From Microbacterium sp. (GTDB lineage: Bacteria > Actinomycetota > Actinomycetes > Actinomycetales > Microbacteriaceae): 64,000 bases of DNA. The notes beneath the pieces were generated by a model. That model ran no database searches and was not told the origin of the DNA. It saw only the letters and a program-made list of their open reading frames with translations. Below, piece by piece: positions 47,132-58,829 of the stretch; position 1 is the first letter of the stretch, and the number at the start of each line of letters is the position of its first letter. Position numbers and translations under genes: made by a program. The DNA lies in the NCBI RefSeq assembly GCF_047971895.1, contig NZ_JBKEAF010000001.1:10495-74494 (forward strand), written 5' to 3'.

Positions 47132-47888
47132 GCCGAATCGCGGCGACTCGGCGGGCGTGCCCTGGGAGGGGCGCGCCTTCCGCGAGAACCCGCACTCGGG
47201 CGACGACGGCTCGGCCGATCCCGCGCTGCTGGCGGCGCTGTCGGCCTTCCACTCCGGGCAGGGCGATCTGGTGGCCGTCGTCGACTCGTACCGGTCGGCC
47301 CGACTGCTCATCCCGCTCGTGGCCGAGGCGGGCGACGAGGGGATCGCGCCCTCGGGATTGACGGTCGACAAGACGCAGGAGCTGTCGATCGTGACGGTCG
47401 CCGCGCCCGACGGGCGCAAGGTGCTTCCGGTGTTCACCTCGGTGACGGCGATGGGGCGATGGGATGCCTCGGCCCGGCCGATCCCGGTGCCCGGCCGTCA
47501 CACGGCGCTGGCCGCCGCCGACGACCAGACCGATCTGATCGTGATCGACCCCGCTTCCGAGACCGAGCTGGTGCTGCGCCGTCCGGCCGTGTGGGCGATC
47601 GCGCAGGACGTCTCGTGGGAGCCGAGCTTCGTCTCGTCCGACGTGTTCACCGGCCTGCAGGAGAGCATCGGTCAGGAGCCGGCGGTGATCGACCTCTCCG
47701 TCGCGGCGGGCGATCCGTCGGGACGGCTGAGCGGCCCCGAACTGCTGGTGCGGCTCGAGCTCATGCCGGGGCTCGATCGCGCGGAGCTCGACGCGGTGCT
47801 CGCGCGGCTCGCGAAGCGGTGGGCAGCCGACGACCGCATCGCCACACTCGTCGACTCACTGAACGTCAGCCTGCAGCGCGGTGAGTGA
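47115..47888 (+). CDS. SseB-family protein
   Basis: 257 aa. The region ADPALLAAL... [10 protein letters not shown] .. [24 protein letters not shown] resembles the SseB N-terminal domain. Confidence 0.65.
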   Translation: MSPAAEPNRGDSAGVPWEGRAFRENPHSGDDGSADPALLAALSAFHSGQGDLVAVVDSYRSARLLIPLVAEAGDEGIAPSGLTVDKTQELSIVTVAAPDGRKVLPVFTSVTAMGRWDASARPIPVPGRHTALAAADDQTDLIVIDPASETELVLRRPAVWAIAQDVSWEPSFVSSDVFTGLQESIGQEPAVIDLSVAAGDPSGRLSGPELLVRLELMPGLDRAELDAVLARLAKRWAADDRIATLVDSLNVSLQRGE

Positions 47889-47896
47889 CAGCCCCG

Positions 47897-48295
47897 TCAG
47901 GTGACAGGCCCGGTCCACTTCTCGCCCGGGCCCTGGCCGATCGGATCGGGCAGGACGGATGCTTCGCGGAACGCGAGCTGCAACGATCGCAGTCCGTCGC
48001 GCAGCGGTGCCGCGTGCGCACTGCTGATCTCGGGGGCGCCGGCGGTGATGAGGCCGGCTAGCGCGTTGATGAGCTTGCGTGCCTCATCGAGGTCACGCTG
48101 AGCCTCCGGGGCGTCGGCCAGCCCGAGCTTGACCGCCGCCGCGCTCATCAGGTGGACGCACGTCGTCGTGATCACCTCGACCGCCGGCACGTCCGCGATG
48201 TCGCGCGATGCCGACGCGGCGACACGCTCGCGCTCGTCCCACTGCTCCAGACGGGTATCGTCGGTGCTGTTGTCGGCGGGAGGAATCGTGGTCAC
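47897..48295 (-). CDS. DUF1844 domain protein
   Basis: The translation is [21 protein letters not shown]...[16 protein letters not shown]...[16 protein letters not shown]. It is conserved upstream of infC in actinobacteria. The start is GTG 48295; the track ORF is over-extended. Confidence 0.65.
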   Translation of the reverse strand: MTTIPPADNSTDDTRLEQWDERERVAASASRDIADVPAVEVITTTCVHLMSAAAVKLGLADAPEAQRDLDEARKLINALAGLITAGAPEISSAHAAPLRDGLRSLQLAFREASVLPDPIGQGPGEKWTGPVT

Positions 48296-48517
48296 GGCGC
48301 GCTTTCTGCTAGACTTGCGCGGGCTCCGGGGCGTTCTGCTCCGGAAACGAAAGAGGATCACATCCCACCCGCGCTTGCCGCTCCAGGCTACCGGGTTCCG
48401 CGCTCCGCCCCGATCGAAGGATCCGGGGTCGTTCGGGTGCGAAGCACGCCGCTCACGCGCCGTGCGGGTGGGCCGCGGTTCTCTTCCCGCCGTCACCCGC
48501 ACGAACAGGAGTTCCGC

Positions 48518-49120
48518 ATCAGCGATCCCCGCACCAATGAGCGCATCCGCGTCCCCGAAGTCCGACTCGTCGGACCCAACGGGGAACAGGTCGGCGTCGT
48601 CCGCATCGAGGCGGCGCTGCGTCTGGCGCAGGATGCCGACCTCGACCTGGTCGAGGTGGCCCCCAACTCGAAGCCTCCCGTCGTCAAGATCATGGACTAC
48701 GGGAAGTTCAAGTACGAGGCTGCGCAGAAGGCCAAGGAGGCCCGGCGCAATCAGGCGAACACCATCCTCAAAGAGGTCCGGTTCCGCCTGAAGATCGAGG
48801 CGCACGACTACACGACCAAGCTCAAGCGCGCCGAGGGCTTCCTCAAGGCGGGCGACAAGGTCAAGGCCATGATCCTGTTCCGGGGCCGCGAGCAGTCGCG
48901 TCCTGAACAGGGCGTGCGTCTGCTGAAGAAGTTCGCCGAGGATGTCGCCGAGTTCGGAACCGTCGAGTCGAACCCGACGATCGACGGCCGCAACATGGTG
49001 ATGGTCATCGCCCCGCACAAGAACAAGTCCGAAGTGAAGACGGAGCAGAACGCGCAGCGTGCTGCCAACAAGGAGGCCGCACGCTCTGCGCGTGCCGCCG
49101 GAAGTACAACGAAGGAATAG
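48518..49120 (+). CDS. infC: Translation initiation factor IF-3 (non-ATG start, probably ATC)
   Basis: The translation is [27 protein letters not shown]...[11 protein letters not shown]...[14 protein letters not shown]. An AGGAG RBS lies 6 nt before ATC 48518. No ATG or GTG is available at the homologous N-terminus. Confidence 0.85.
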   Translation: MSDPRTNERIRVPEVRLVGPNGEQVGVVRIEAALRLAQDADLDLVEVAPNSKPPVVKIMDYGKFKYEAAQKAKEARRNQANTILKEVRFRLKIEAHDYTTKLKRAEGFLKAGDKVKAMILFRGREQSRPEQGVRLLKKFAEDVAEFGTVESNPTIDGRNMVMVIAPHKNKSEVKTEQNAQRAANKEAARSARAAGSTTKE

Positions 49121-49125
49121 AAGAG

Positions 49126-49320
49126 ATGCCGAAGCAGAAGACCCACTCGGGTGCCAAGAAGCGTTTCAAGGTCACCGGCAGCGGCAAGATCATGAAGCAG
49201 CAGGCGAACCTGCGCCACAACTTCGAGGGCAAGCCGACCAAGCGCACGCGCCGTCTGTCCGCCGACAAGGTGCTGGCTCCCGGCGACGCCAAGGTCGCCA
49301 AGAAGCTCCTCGGTCACTGA
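49126..49320 (+). CDS. rpmI: 50S ribosomal protein L35
   Basis: [28 protein letters not shown]. Confidence 0.95.
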   Translation: MPKQKTHSGAKKRFKVTGSGKIMKQQANLRHNFEGKPTKRTRRLSADKVLAPGDAKVAKKLLGH

Positions 49321-49350
49321 GCGCACTCGCAGGAATAGGAACGAAACGAA

Positions 49351-49737
49351 ATGGCTAGAGTCAAGCGGGCGGTCAACGCCCAGAAGAAGCGTCGCGTCAT
49401 CCTCGAGCGCGCCTCGGGTTACCGGGGTCAGCGTTCGCGTCTGTACCGCAAGGCGAAGGAGCAGGTCACCCACTCGCTCGTCTACGCGTACCGCGACCGT
49501 CGTAAGCGCAAGGGCGACTTCCGCCGTCTGTGGATCCAGCGCATCAATGCGGCCAGCCGCCAGAACGGCCTCACGTACAACCGGTTCATCCAGGGGCTCG
49601 GTCTCGCCGGGGTCCAGGTAGACCGTCGTATGCTCGCCGAGCTCGCGGTGAACGAGCCGAAGGCGTTCGCCTCGCTCGTCGAGACCGCCAAGAAGGCGCT
49701 GCCGGCCGACACCAACGCGCCGAAGAGCGCCGCGTAG
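49351..49737 (+). CDS. rplT: 50S ribosomal protein L20
   Basis: [39 protein letters not shown]. Confidence 0.96.
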   Translation: MARVKRAVNAQKKRRVILERASGYRGQRSRLYRKAKEQVTHSLVYAYRDRRKRKGDFRRLWIQRINAASRQNGLTYNRFIQGLGLAGVQVDRRMLAELAVNEPKAFASLVETAKKALPADTNAPKSAA

Positions 49738-49823
49738 GTCGGCACACGCAAGCAACGGGCGCTCTCCCTCGGGAGGGTGCCCGTTCTCGTGTTGGGGCCC
49801 CGTCGTTCCCATAGACTGGGCGC

Positions 49824-50627
49824 GTGCTGGAGAACCCCCGTTCGCCGCGCGTGCGCGCGGTGGCCAAGCTCGCCAAACGTAGCGCCCGCAAGGAGTCCGG
49901 CCGCTACCTGCTCGAGGGGCCGCAGGCCGTCCGCGAAGCGCTGAAGTTCGCGCCCGACGCGGTCGAGGAGCTGTATGCGACGCCCACGGCCATGGAGAAG
50001 CATCCCGATGTCCGCGACGGTGCGCGCGCCGCCGGAGTCGATGTGCAGTTCGCCGACGAGACCGTCATCGAGGCGATAGCCGACACCGTGACGCCGCAGG
50101 GCGTGGTCGCGGTGGCCCGGCAGACGCCGACGTCGGTGCGCGACGTATTCGCGGCATCCCCCCGACTGATCGTCGTGTGCGAAGAGGTGCGCGATCCCGG
50201 AAATCTGGGCACCATCATCCGGGCCGCCGATGCGGCCGGGGCCGATGCCGTCGTGCTCACCGGCCGCACGGTCGACCCGTTCAATCCGAAGGTCGTGCGG
50301 GCGACGACCGGCTCGCTGTTCCACCTGCCCGTCGCGCTCGGCGGTGCGCTGGCCGACGTGGTCGAGCGGGTGCGCGGCGCAGGGCTGCAACTGCTGGCCG
50401 CCGACATCGACGGTGCCGATCTGCTGGTCGCGCGCGCCGAGGGCCTGCTGGCCGCACCGACGGCGTGGCTGTTCGGGAACGAGGCGCGCGGGCTCGACGA
50501 GGCATCCCTCGCCCTCGCCGACCGCGCTCTGCGCCTGCCGATCTTCGGGCGGGCCGAGTCGCTCAACCTCGCGACGGCTGCCAGCGTGTGCCTGTACGAA
50601 AGCGCGTTTGCCCAGCGTGCGCACTGA
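49824..50627 (+). CDS. TrmH/SpoU-family RNA 2'-O-methyltransferase
   Basis: The motifs VRDPGNLGTIIR, FGNEARGL, IPI.GRAESLN and LA.AA are SpoU signatures. Confidence 0.85.
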   Translation: MLENPRSPRVRAVAKLAKRSARKESGRYLLEGPQAVREALKFAPDAVEELYATPTAMEKHPDVRDGARAAGVDVQFADETVIEAIADTVTPQGVVAVARQTPTSVRDVFAASPRLIVVCEEVRDPGNLGTIIRAADAAGADAVVLTGRTVDPFNPKVVRATTGSLFHLPVALGGALADVVERVRGAGLQLLAADIDGADLLVARAEGLLAAPTAWLFGNEARGLDEASLALADRALRLPIFGRAESLNLATAASVCLYESAFAQRAH

Positions 50628-50651
50628 TCTGCCCAGCGTGCGCACTGACTC
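50610..50651. repeat. 21-bp tandem duplication x2 containing the methyltransferase stop codon
   Basis: GCCCAGCGTGCGCACTGATCT followed by GCCCAGCGTGCGCACTGACTC. Confidence 0.9.
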
Positions 50652-50723
50652 GCCGGTCACAGATCGGTAAAGGTCGGCGCGAAACACACGGTGGCGGGTA
50701 CACGACTGCCTAGGGTGTCATCT

Positions 50724-51518
50724 ATGACGACCTCGGACGGCAGCATCGCCCCGACGACTTCGAACATCTCTGTGCGCCGCGGCGATCCCCTCGTGGTGAT
50801 CGACCACGTGCAGAAGTACTACGGCGACTTCCAGGCACTGGAGGACATCGATCTGACGGTGCACCAGGGTGAGGTGGTGGTGGTGATCGGCCCCTCCGGC
50901 TCCGGCAAGTCGACCCTGTGCCGCACCATCAACCGCCTCGAGACGATCACCAGCGGCACGATCACGATCGACGGGAAGCAGCTTCCCAAAGAGGGCAAGG
51001 CGCTGGCAGCCCTGCGCGCGGACGTCGGCATGGTGTTCCAGTCGTTCAACCTCTTCTCGCACCTCTCGATCCTCGAGAACGTCACGCTCGGGCCGATCAA
51101 GGTCAAGGGCATGAAGAAGGCCGATGCCGAGCGCGAGGCGAAGGTGCTGCTCGACAGGGTCGGGGTCGGCCAGCAGGCAGCGAAGCTGCCCGCCCAGCTG
51201 TCCGGAGGCCAGCAGCAGCGTGTGGCGATCGCACGCGCGTTGGCGATGACCCCCAAGGTGATGCTCTTCGACGAGCCGACCAGCGCCCTGGACCCCGAGA
51301 TGATCAACGAGGTGCTCGACGTCATGATCGAGCTGGCCCAGGAGGGGATGACGATGATCGTCGTCACCCACGAGATGGGATTCGCACGGAAGGCTGCGGA
51401 CCGCGTCGTGTTCATGGCGGACGGCCGCATCGTCGAGGAGGACACCCCGAATGAGTTCTTTACGAATCCGAAGAGCGCGAGGGCGAAGGACTTCCTGTCC
51501 AAGCTCTTGACGAACTGA
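50724..51518 (+). CDS. gluA: Amino-acid (glutamate-type) ABC transporter ATP-binding protein
   Basis: The Walker A motif [24 protein letters not shown] and [10 protein letters not shown] are present. The gene order matches the C. glutamicum gluABCD operon. Confidence 0.85.
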   Translation: MTTSDGSIAPTTSNISVRRGDPLVVIDHVQKYYGDFQALEDIDLTVHQGEVVVVIGPSGSGKSTLCRTINRLETITSGTITIDGKQLPKEGKALAALRADVGMVFQSFNLFSHLSILENVTLGPIKVKGMKKADAEREAKVLLDRVGVGQQAAKLPAQLSGGQQQRVAIARALAMTPKVMLFDEPTSALDPEMINEVLDVMIELAQEGMTMIVVTHEMGFARKAADRVVFMADGRIVEEDTPNEFFTNPKSARAKDFLSKLLTN

Positions 51519-51576
51519 TCGGTCGGCCGCCGGCCGTTCACGGCAAGATCCCCCACCCACAGTAGAAGGAGAAGAC

Positions 51577-52461
51577 ATGCGACGCATACGCGTTACCGGC
51601 ACACTTGCGATTGCCGCGGCTTCGCTCATGGTATTGACCGCCTGCGGCGGAAGCACCGATGGCAGCTCCGGCGGCGACGTGCCGCCGTCGGCCGAAGACG
51701 TCGCCCTCGAAGGCAGCCCCACGTTCGATGCCATGCAGGCACGAGGCGGCGTCATCATCGGCGTGAAGGAAGACCAGCCCGGTCTCGGCTACCTCGACGT
51801 CACGACCAACGAGCGCGCCGGCTTCGACGTCGACATCGCTCGCTGGATCGCCGCCGAACTCGGCTTCGGCGAAGACCAGATCGAGTACCAGCCGATTGCA
51901 TCGGCGAACCGCGAGCAGGCGATCGTGAACGGTCAGATCGACTACTACGTCGGCACCTACTCGATCACCGACAAGCGCAAGGATGAGATCGACTTCGCCG
52001 GGCCGTACTTCATCAGCGGCCAGGGCTTCCTCGTGAACGTCGACAGCGAGATCACCGATGTCACCGATGTCAGTGACTTCAACGGACTGACGGTCTGCTC
52101 GGCAACCGGTTCGACGCCGATCCAGAACATCAAGGACAACTTCCCCGAGATCGACACGCAGGAGTACGACATCTACTCAGCCTGCGTGCAGGATCTCATC
52201 GACGGCAAGGTCGATGCGGTCACCACCGACCAGGCGATCCTCATCGGGTACGCCGCGCAGTATCCCGACGAGGTGAAGGTCGTCGGTGGCCTGTTCACCG
52301 AAGAGCGCTACGGCGTGGGCCTGGCCAAGGGCGATGATGTCTTCCGCAACTTCATCAACGACCTGTTCGAAAACGGCAACGCCACCTGGCAGGAGATCTT
52401 CGACGCCAACCTCGGTGACTCGGGGATCGTCGTCGAGCAGCCTGCGGTCGACCGTTACTGA
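51577..52461 (+). CDS. gluB: Glutamate ABC transporter substrate-binding lipoprotein
   Basis: The lipobox is LTAC. SBP_bac_3-like motifs are present: GVKEDQPGLGY, DVDIA and VTTDQAIL. Confidence 0.82.
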   Translation: MRRIRVTGTLAIAAASLMVLTACGGSTDGSSGGDVPPSAEDVALEGSPTFDAMQARGGVIIGVKEDQPGLGYLDVTTNERAGFDVDIARWIAAELGFGEDQIEYQPIASANREQAIVNGQIDYYVGTYSITDKRKDEIDFAGPYFISGQGFLVNVDSEITDVTDVSDFNGLTVCSATGSTPIQNIKDNFPEIDTQEYDIYSACVQDLIDGKVDAVTTDQAILIGYAAQYPDEVKVVGGLFTEERYGVGLAKGDDVFRNFINDLFENGNATWQEIFDANLGDSGIVVEQPAVDRY

Positions 52462-52532
52462 GTGATGCGCCGGGGCGGGCCGCACCGCCCGCCCCGGCAC
52501 ATCCTCTCCCTCATCCCGAAAGGACGCGTGAC

Positions 52533-53189
52533 GTGGACGCTCTGCTGGGCAACATGGACCTGTGGCTGGAGGCGCTGGGCAACACGCTGCTCGTCTTCTT
52601 CGTCGGCGGGGCCATCGCGCTGGTTCTCGGGCTCCTCGTCGGAGCCATGCGCGTCTCGCCGGTGCCTGTCGCCAGGGCCGTCGGCACTGTGTATGTGAAC
52701 CTCGTCCGCAATACCCCGTTGACGCTGGTCTTCTTCTTCTTCGTCTTCGGCTATCCGCAGCTCGGCTTACCGCCGCTGAACAATCTGGTGCTGGGCATTC
52801 TCGCGATCGGCATCTACACGGCGACGTATGTGGCAGAGGTCCTTCGCGCCGGCATCAACACCGTGCCCGTCGGGCAGGCCGAGGCCGCCCGTGCGATCGG
52901 CCTGCCGTTCGGTCAGGTCATGAGCCTGGTCGTGCTGCCGCAGGCGTTCCGGTCGGTGCTGCCGCCCATGATGAGCGTGTTCATCGCACTGCTGAAGAAT
53001 ACGACTGTCGCCGCCGGGTTCTCCATCTTCGAGCTCGCCTCGGTGCGCGCGACCGTCAGCGAATCGGTGGCGCGTCCCGGCGGTGCGATGGAGGTTCTGC
53101 TCTGGGTCGCCGCGATCTTCGTCGTCCTCGTCCTGCTGATGGCATGGGTGCAGAACAGACTCGAGAAGCGCTGGAGGGTGGCGCGATGA
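52533..53189 (+). CDS. gluC: Amino-acid ABC transporter permease
   Basis: The EAA-type loop is AGINTVPVGQAEAARAIGL. Five TM helices are predicted. Confidence 0.82.
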   Translation: MDALLGNMDLWLEALGNTLLVFFVGGAIALVLGLLVGAMRVSPVPVARAVGTVYVNLVRNTPLTLVFFFFVFGYPQLGLPPLNNLVLGILAIGIYTATYVAEVLRAGINTVPVGQAEAARAIGLPFGQVMSLVVLPQAFRSVLPPMMSVFIALLKNTTVAAGFSIFELASVRATVSESVARPGGAMEVLLWVAAIFVVLVLLMAWVQNRLEKRWRVAR

Positions 53190-54103
53190 CTTCCGTCCTG
53201 TATGACCTCCCGGGGCCCCGGGCCGTTCTGCGAAACCGGCTGCTCGGCGTGCTGACCGTCATCGTGGTCGGCGCCGCCATCGCCTTCCTCGGGTATCGGC
53301 TGGCGGTGACCGGGCAGTTCAGTGCGGCGAAGTGGCAGATCTTCGCATCCCCGAACGTCTGGCTCCGTGTCGCGGAGGCTCTCGGTGCGACCCTGGCGGC
53401 ATTCGTGGTCGCTGCGATCGGCAGTCTGATCCTCGGTGTGATCCTGGCGGTCGGGCGCCTCTCCGACCATCGCTGGGTGCGCCTCCCGGTGACCGCAATC
53501 GTCGAGGTGCTTCGCGCCGTGCCGGTGCTGGTCATGATGATGCTGCTCTTCTACGGGATCCCGACCGCCTTCGGAATCAAGATGGCATCGTACTGGGCGG
53601 TCGTCATCGCTCTCATCGCGTACAACGGGTCCGTGCTCGCAGAAGCGTTCCGCGCCGGTATCGAGGCGCTGCCGCGAGGCCAGAAGGAGGCCGGGTACGC
53701 GATCGGCCTGCGCAAGAACGGCGTGATGCGGCTCATCCTCTTCCCCCAGGCCGTGCGGGCGATGCTGCCGGTGATCATCTCGCAGCTGGTGGTGACCATG
53801 AAGGACACGGCGCTCGGGTTCATCATCACCTATCCGGAACTGCTGTACACGGCCAAGCTGCTGTCGAGTCAGCAAGGGCGGCCGATCCTGCAGTCCGCGT
53901 TCGTCATCGGCGGCATCTACATCGTCATGTGTCTGATCCTCGCGGGGCTGGCGAAGTGGGCAGAGGTGCGCACGCGCCGCTCGCCGCGCGCGATCGCCGC
54001 GCAGGAGGCGGTTGCACCCCTGTTGAAGGACGGCACCGAGACCGAGGTCATTGTCACGCAGCGCACGCGGCGTGGACAAGACACCGAGGACTACGGCGAC
54101 TGA
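53186..54103 (+). CDS. gluD: Amino-acid ABC transporter permease
   Basis: The translation is AFRAGIEALPRGQKEAGYAIGL. The start ATG 53186 overlaps the gluC stop. Confidence 0.82.
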   Translation: MTSVLYDLPGPRAVLRNRLLGVLTVIVVGAAIAFLGYRLAVTGQFSAAKWQIFASPNVWLRVAEALGATLAAFVVAAIGSLILGVILAVGRLSDHRWVRLPVTAIVEVLRAVPVLVMMMLLFYGIPTAFGIKMASYWAVVIALIAYNGSVLAEAFRAGIEALPRGQKEAGYAIGLRKNGVMRLILFPQAVRAMLPVIISQLVVTMKDTALGFIITYPELLYTAKLLSSQQGRPILQSAFVIGGIYIVMCLILAGLAKWAEVRTRRSPRAIAAQEAVAPLLKDGTETEVIVTQRTRRGQDTEDYGD

Positions 54104-54145
54104 ACGCGGCGGAGGCGAGCCAAGTCCTCGGTAGACTCGACTCTC

Positions 54146-55186
54146 GTGTCCGACGCCACTGAAATCACCCCCGACGCCGTCGCTGCGGCCGTTGACGCCG
54201 CACTCGCGGCGATCACCGCAGCATCGACGACCGCCGAGCTGAAAGCCGCCCGCGCGGCGCACGCTGCGGAAGGCTCGCCCCTGGCGCAGCTCAACGCCCA
54301 ACTGCGCACGGTACCGAACGAGCGCAAAGCCGAGTTCGGCAAGCTGGTCGGCCAGGCGCGCGGTCGCGTCACGCAGGCGTTGGCGGCCCGCGAGGCCGAG
54401 GTGCTGGCGGCCGAGACCGCGGCGCGGCTCGAAGAAGAGCGCGTGGATGTCACGGCGCTCGCCGCACACGCCCGCATCGGAGCGCGGCATCCGCTCACCC
54501 TCCTGCAGGAGGAGATCGGCGACATCTTCGTCGGCATGGGGTGGGAGATCGCCGAGGGCCCCGAGCTCGAGCACGAGTGGTTCAACTTCGACGCGTTGAA
54601 CTTCGACGTCGACCATCCGGCCCGGCAGATGCAGGACACGTTCTTCGTCGATCCCGTCGACCGGCATCTCGTCATGCGCACGCACACGAGCCCCGTGCAG
54701 ATGCGGTCGATGCTCGAGCACGACCTGCCCATCTACGTCGTCTGCCCGGGACGGGTGTACCGCACCGACGAGTTCGACGCGACGCACCTGCCGGTGTTCA
54801 GCCAGGTCGAGGGGCTGGTCATCGACAGGGGCATCACGATGGCGCACCTGCGCGGCACGCTCGACCACGTCGCGCGCGTGCTGTTCGGGCCCGAGGCGAA
54901 GACGCGGTTCCGCGCCAACTACTTTCCGTTCACCGAGCCGAGCGCCGAGCTCGACCTGTGGCATCCCACCTTCAAGGGGGGCGCGCGCTGGATCGAGTGG
55001 GGCGGCTGCGGCATGGTCAACCCCAACGTGCTACGGGCGGCGGGGATCGACCCCGAGGAGTACTCGGGCTTCGCGTTCGGCATGGGCATCGAGCGCACGC
55101 TCATGTTCCGGTCGGACGTGCAGGACATGCGCGACATGGCCGAAGGCGACGTGCGCTTCAGCGAGCAGTTCGGGATGGTGGTCTGA
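54146..55186 (+). CDS. pheS: Phenylalanine-tRNA ligase alpha subunit
   Basis: The motifs [32 protein letters not shown] and [10 protein letters not shown] are PheS signatures. Confidence 0.96.
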   Translation: MSDATEITPDAVAAAVDAALAAITAASTTAELKAARAAHAAEGSPLAQLNAQLRTVPNERKAEFGKLVGQARGRVTQALAAREAEVLAAETAARLEEERVDVTALAAHARIGARHPLTLLQEEIGDIFVGMGWEIAEGPELEHEWFNFDALNFDVDHPARQMQDTFFVDPVDRHLVMRTHTSPVQMRSMLEHDLPIYVVCPGRVYRTDEFDATHLPVFSQVEGLVIDRGITMAHLRGTLDHVARVLFGPEAKTRFRANYFPFTEPSAELDLWHPTFKGGARWIEWGGCGMVNPNVLRAAGIDPEEYSGFAFGMGIERTLMFRSDVQDMRDMAEGDVRFSEQFGMVV

Positions 55187-57714
55187 TGCGCGTCCCGCTC
55201 TCCTGGTTGCGTGAGTACGTCGACGTCCCCGCCGAGGCGACGCCCGACGACGTCCTCGCGGCGCTCGTGTCGGTCGGTTTCGAAGAGGAGGACGTGCACC
55301 GCTTCGAGCTGCGGGGCCCGATCGTCGTGGGCGAGGTGCTCGAGTTCGTCGACGAGCCGCAGTCCAACGGCAAGACCATCCGCTGGTGCCAGGTCGACGT
55401 CAGCGAAGCGCACGGCGGTGTGCGCGGAATCGTGTGCGGTGCACACAACTTCTTCGCCGGCGACAAGGTCGTGGTCACCCTTCCCGGCGCCGTGCTGCCC
55501 GGCCCGTTCCCGATCGCGGCCCGCAAGACGTACGGGCATGTCTCCGACGGCATGATCGCGTCGGCGAAGGAGCTCGGCCTCGGCGACGAGCACGATGGCA
55601 TCCTGCGCCTGGTCGCGCTCGGCATCGATGCACCCGTGGGCACCGATGCCATCTCGCTGCTCGGCCTCGACGATGTCGCCATCGAGATCAACGTCACGCC
55701 CGACCGCGGCTACGCCCTGTCGTTGCGGGGCGTGGCGCGCGAGTACGCGCACGCCACCGGTGCCGCGTTCCGCGACCCGGGCGGCAAGGCGTGGGGCGAG
55801 GTCAACCTCACCGACGAGGGTGCGTTCGCCGTGCAGGTCGTCGACGACGCACCGATCCGCGGCAGGGCCGGGGCCTCGGAGTTCGTGGCGCGCATCGTAC
55901 GAGACGTCGACCCCACCAAGCCCACCCCGCCGTTCATGGTGGCCCGGCTGGCACTGGCCGGCATCCGTCCGCTCGGCATCCTCATCGACATCACGAACTA
56001 CGTCATGCTCGAGCTCGGCCAGCCGATCCACGGCTACGACCTCGACCGTCTGCAAGGCGGCATCACGGTGCGGCGCGCCCGTCCCGGCGAGACGCTCGAG
56101 ACGCTCGACGGCAAGGAGCGCACGCTGCATGCCGAAGACCTGCTGATCACCGACGAGTCCGGCCCGATCGGGCTGGCCGGCGTGATGGGCGGCGGCACGA
56201 CGGAGATGACGGATGCCACCCGCAACGTGCTCGTGGAGGCGGCGACGTTCGACCCCGTCTCGATCGCGCGCAGTGCGCGCCGGCACAAGCTGCCGAGCGA
56301 AGCATCCCGCCGGTTCGAGCGCGGCATCGATCCGGCGATCCCGTTCGTGGCGGCGGCCCGTGTCGCTGAGCTCATGGCGGAGTATGCGGGCGGCACGGAC
56401 ACGCGTGCGGGCGGCGCGCTCATGGCCAGCTCTTCGATCGCGGTGGTCGAGCTGCCCTTCGGGTTCGTGCCGGGGCTGATCGGCGTCGACTACTCGCCCG
56501 ACGAGATCGTCGCGGCGCTGGAGATGATCGGATGCCGAGTCTCGGCGCGTGACGACGAGTGGGCCGTGAGCCCGCCCACGTGGCGACCCGACCTCACCGA
56601 CAAGTGGACGCTCGCCGAGGAGGTCGCCCGCATCGAGGGGTACGACCGCATCCCGTCGGTGCTGCCGGTGCCGCCCTCGGGTCGTGGACTGACCCCCGAT
56701 CAGCGTGGCCGGCGTCGGGTGTCGAACGCGCTCGCCGCCGCCGGTTACGTCGAGACGCCGTCGTTCCCGTTCACCGCCACCGAGCAGAACGATCTGCTCG
56801 GGTCGGCGTCGGGGGAGCGGTTGCCGAGCGTCAAGCTGGCCAACCCACTCGACGGGCAGGCGTCGTTCCTGCGCCGGTCGCTCGTCCCGGGGCTGTTGCA
56901 GGTGGCGCACCGCAACCTCTCGCGCGGCTTCACAGACCTCGCGATCTTCGAGACCGGTGTGGTGTTCCTGCCCGAGTCGGGCATCCGCTACGGCACCGAC
57001 GCCGTACCGCCCCTGGCGGTGCGCCCCGATGCCGCCACGCTCGCCGAGCTGGACGCCTCGATCCCGCCGCAGCGCCGCCACGTCGCCGTTCTGATGACCG
57101 GTGCGCGCGTCGCGAAGCAGCCGGGACAGGCCGCGCTGCCGGTCGAGCTGGCAGACGCGCTGGACGCCGTGCGGTCGATCGCCGCCGCGGCCGGCGTGAC
57201 GATCGACGTGCGCCAGGGAGAGCGCGCCGCGTTGCACCCCGGGCGCACCGGCATCCTGACCGTCGGCGGGGCGTCGACGGACTCGGCGGAGGTCGTCGGG
57301 TACGTGGGCGAGCTGCTGCCGTCGGTGGCCGAGGCATCCGATCTGCCCGGTCGCGTCATCGTCGCCGAGCTCGATCTCGACCTGCTGCTCTCGCTCGCCG
57401 GCGAGCGAGTCGTCGCCGCGTCGCTGTCGGGCTATCCCGCGGCGACACAGGACGTGTCGCTCGTCGTCGGTGCCGAAGTCCCGGCCGCAGACGTGCGCGC
57501 GGCGCTCGTAGCGGGGGCGGGCGATCTGCTCGAGTCGCTGCGCCTGGTCGACGACTACCGCGGTGCGGGGGTCGTGGAGGGCACGAAGAGCCTGACCTTC
57601 GCGCTGCTGTTCCGGTCGTCCGACCGTACGCTCACGGCCGCCGAGGCGACCGATGCGAAGCTCGCCGGGGTCGCCGTGGCCGAGGATCGCTTCGGGGCGA
57701 AGCTGCGCGACTGA
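55186..57714 (+). CDS. pheT: Phenylalanine-tRNA ligase beta subunit
   Basis: The N-terminus is [14 protein letters not shown] tRNA-binding domain (KTIRWCQVD) and B3/4, B5 and FDX-ACB domains follow. The start overlaps the pheS stop. Confidence 0.95.
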   Translation: MRVPLSWLREYVDVPAEATPDDVLAALVSVGFEEEDVHRFELRGPIVVGEVLEFVDEPQSNGKTIRWCQVDVSEAHGGVRGIVCGAHNFFAGDKVVVTLPGAVLPGPFPIAARKTYGHVSDGMIASAKELGLGDEHDGILRLVALGIDAPVGTDAISLLGLDDVAIEINVTPDRGYALSLRGVAREYAHATGAAFRDPGGKAWGEVNLTDEGAFAVQVVDDAPIRGRAGASEFVARIVRDVDPTKPTPPFMVARLALAGIRPLGILIDITNYVMLELGQPIHGYDLDRLQGGITVRRARPGETLETLDGKERTLHAEDLLITDESGPIGLAGVMGGGTTEMTDATRNVLVEAATFDPVSIARSARRHKLPSEASRRFERGIDPAIPFVAAARVAELMAEYAGGTDTRAGGALMASSSIAVVELPFGFVPGLIGVDYSPDEIVAALEMIGCRVSARDDEWAVSPPTWRPDLTDKWTLAEEVARIEGYDRIPSVLPVPPSGRGLTPDQRGRRRVSNALAAAGYVETPSFPFTATEQNDLLGSASGERLPSVKLANPLDGQASFLRRSLVPGLLQVAHRNLSRGFTDLAIFETGVVFLPESGIRYGTDAVPPLAVRPDAATLAELDASIPPQRRHVAVLMTGARVAKQPGQAALPVELADALDAVRSIAAAAGVTIDVRQGERAALHPGRTGILTVGGASTDSAEVVGYVGELLPSVAEASDLPGRVIVAELDLDLLLSLAGERVVAASLSGYPAATQDVSLVVGAEVPAADVRAALVAGAGDLLESLRLVDDYRGAGVVEGTKSLTFALLFRSSDRTLTAAEATDAKLAGVAVAEDRFGAKLRD

Positions 57715-57767
57715 CGTCGCCCGCCTCGCCGCAATCGAGCCGCTGTTCAGGCCATAAGGTGGAAAGC

Positions 57768-58829
57768 ATGACCTATTCGGTCGCCGTCTCCGGTGCATCC
57801 GGCTATGCGGGCGGCGAGATCCTGCGCTTGCTCGCGTCGCATCCCGACGTCGAGATCCGCACGGTGACCGCGCACGCCAACGCCGGCCAGCCGCTGGTCG
57901 ACCACCAGCCCCAGCTGCGCTCGCTCGCGCATCTCACCCTGCGTGAGACGACGCCCGAGACGCTGGCAGGGCACGACGTTGTGTTCCTGGCACTTCCCCA
58001 CGGCCAGTCCGGTCAGTACACCGAAGCACTGGGCGATACCCCGCTGGTCATCGATGCGGGCGCGGATCACCGGCTGGAGTCGGTCGCCGACTGGGACAGC
58101 TTCTACGGTGGCCGCTTCCACGAGCCGTGGGTCTACGGCGTGCCCGAGCTGCCGGTCGCCGGCGGCACCCAGCGGCAGCGTCTGGTGGGCGCCTCGCGCA
58201 TCGCCGCCCCCGGCTGCAACGCGTCGACGGTAAGCCTCAGCCTGGCCCCCGGCGTGGCGTCCGGCGTCATCGACCCGTCCGACATCGTGAGCGTGCTCGC
58301 CGTCGGCCCTTCCGGTGCAGGCAAGAGCCTCAGGTCGAACCTGCTCGGCAGCGAGATCCTGGGCAGCGCCAACCCGTACGCCGTCGGCGGCGTGCACCGG
58401 CACATCCCGGAGATCCGGCAGGCGCTCGTCAATGCCGGCAGCTCGACAGGCTCGGGGAGCGGGGGCATCCGCATCTCCTTCACTCCCGTCCTCGTGCCGA
58501 TGGCCCGCGGGATCCTGGCGACCTCCACGGCGCCCATCGTCGCCGGTGCCACCGATGCCGACATCCGCGACGCGTGGACGGCTGCCTATGGCGACGAGAC
58601 CTTCGTGCAGCTGCTGCCCGAGGGTCGGTTCCCGCGCACCGCCGATGTGCTCGGCGCCAACACGTGCCTGCTCGGGCTCGCGATCGACCGCCCCGCGAAC
58701 CGCGTCGTCGTCGTCGCGGCGGTCGACAATCTCACCAAGGGCACGGCGGGCGCCGCGATCCAGTCCATGAACATCGCGCTGGGCCTCCCCGAGGGTCGCG
58801 CACTCACCGTGAACGGAGTGGCGCCATGA
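57768..58829 (+). CDS. argC: N-acetyl-gamma-glutamyl-phosphate reductase
   Basis: The motifs [18 protein letters not shown] (catalytic Cys) and DNLTKGTAG are ArgC signatures. Confidence 0.94.
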   Translation: MTYSVAVSGASGYAGGEILRLLASHPDVEIRTVTAHANAGQPLVDHQPQLRSLAHLTLRETTPETLAGHDVVFLALPHGQSGQYTEALGDTPLVIDAGADHRLESVADWDSFYGGRFHEPWVYGVPELPVAGGTQRQRLVGASRIAAPGCNASTVSLSLAPGVASGVIDPSDIVSVLAVGPSGAGKSLRSNLLGSEILGSANPYAVGGVHRHIPEIRQALVNAGSSTGSGSGGIRISFTPVLVPMARGILATSTAPIVAGATDADIRDAWTAAYGDETFVQLLPEGRFPRTADVLGANTCLLGLAIDRPANRVVVVAAVDNLTKGTAGAAIQSMNIALGLPEGRALTVNGVAP

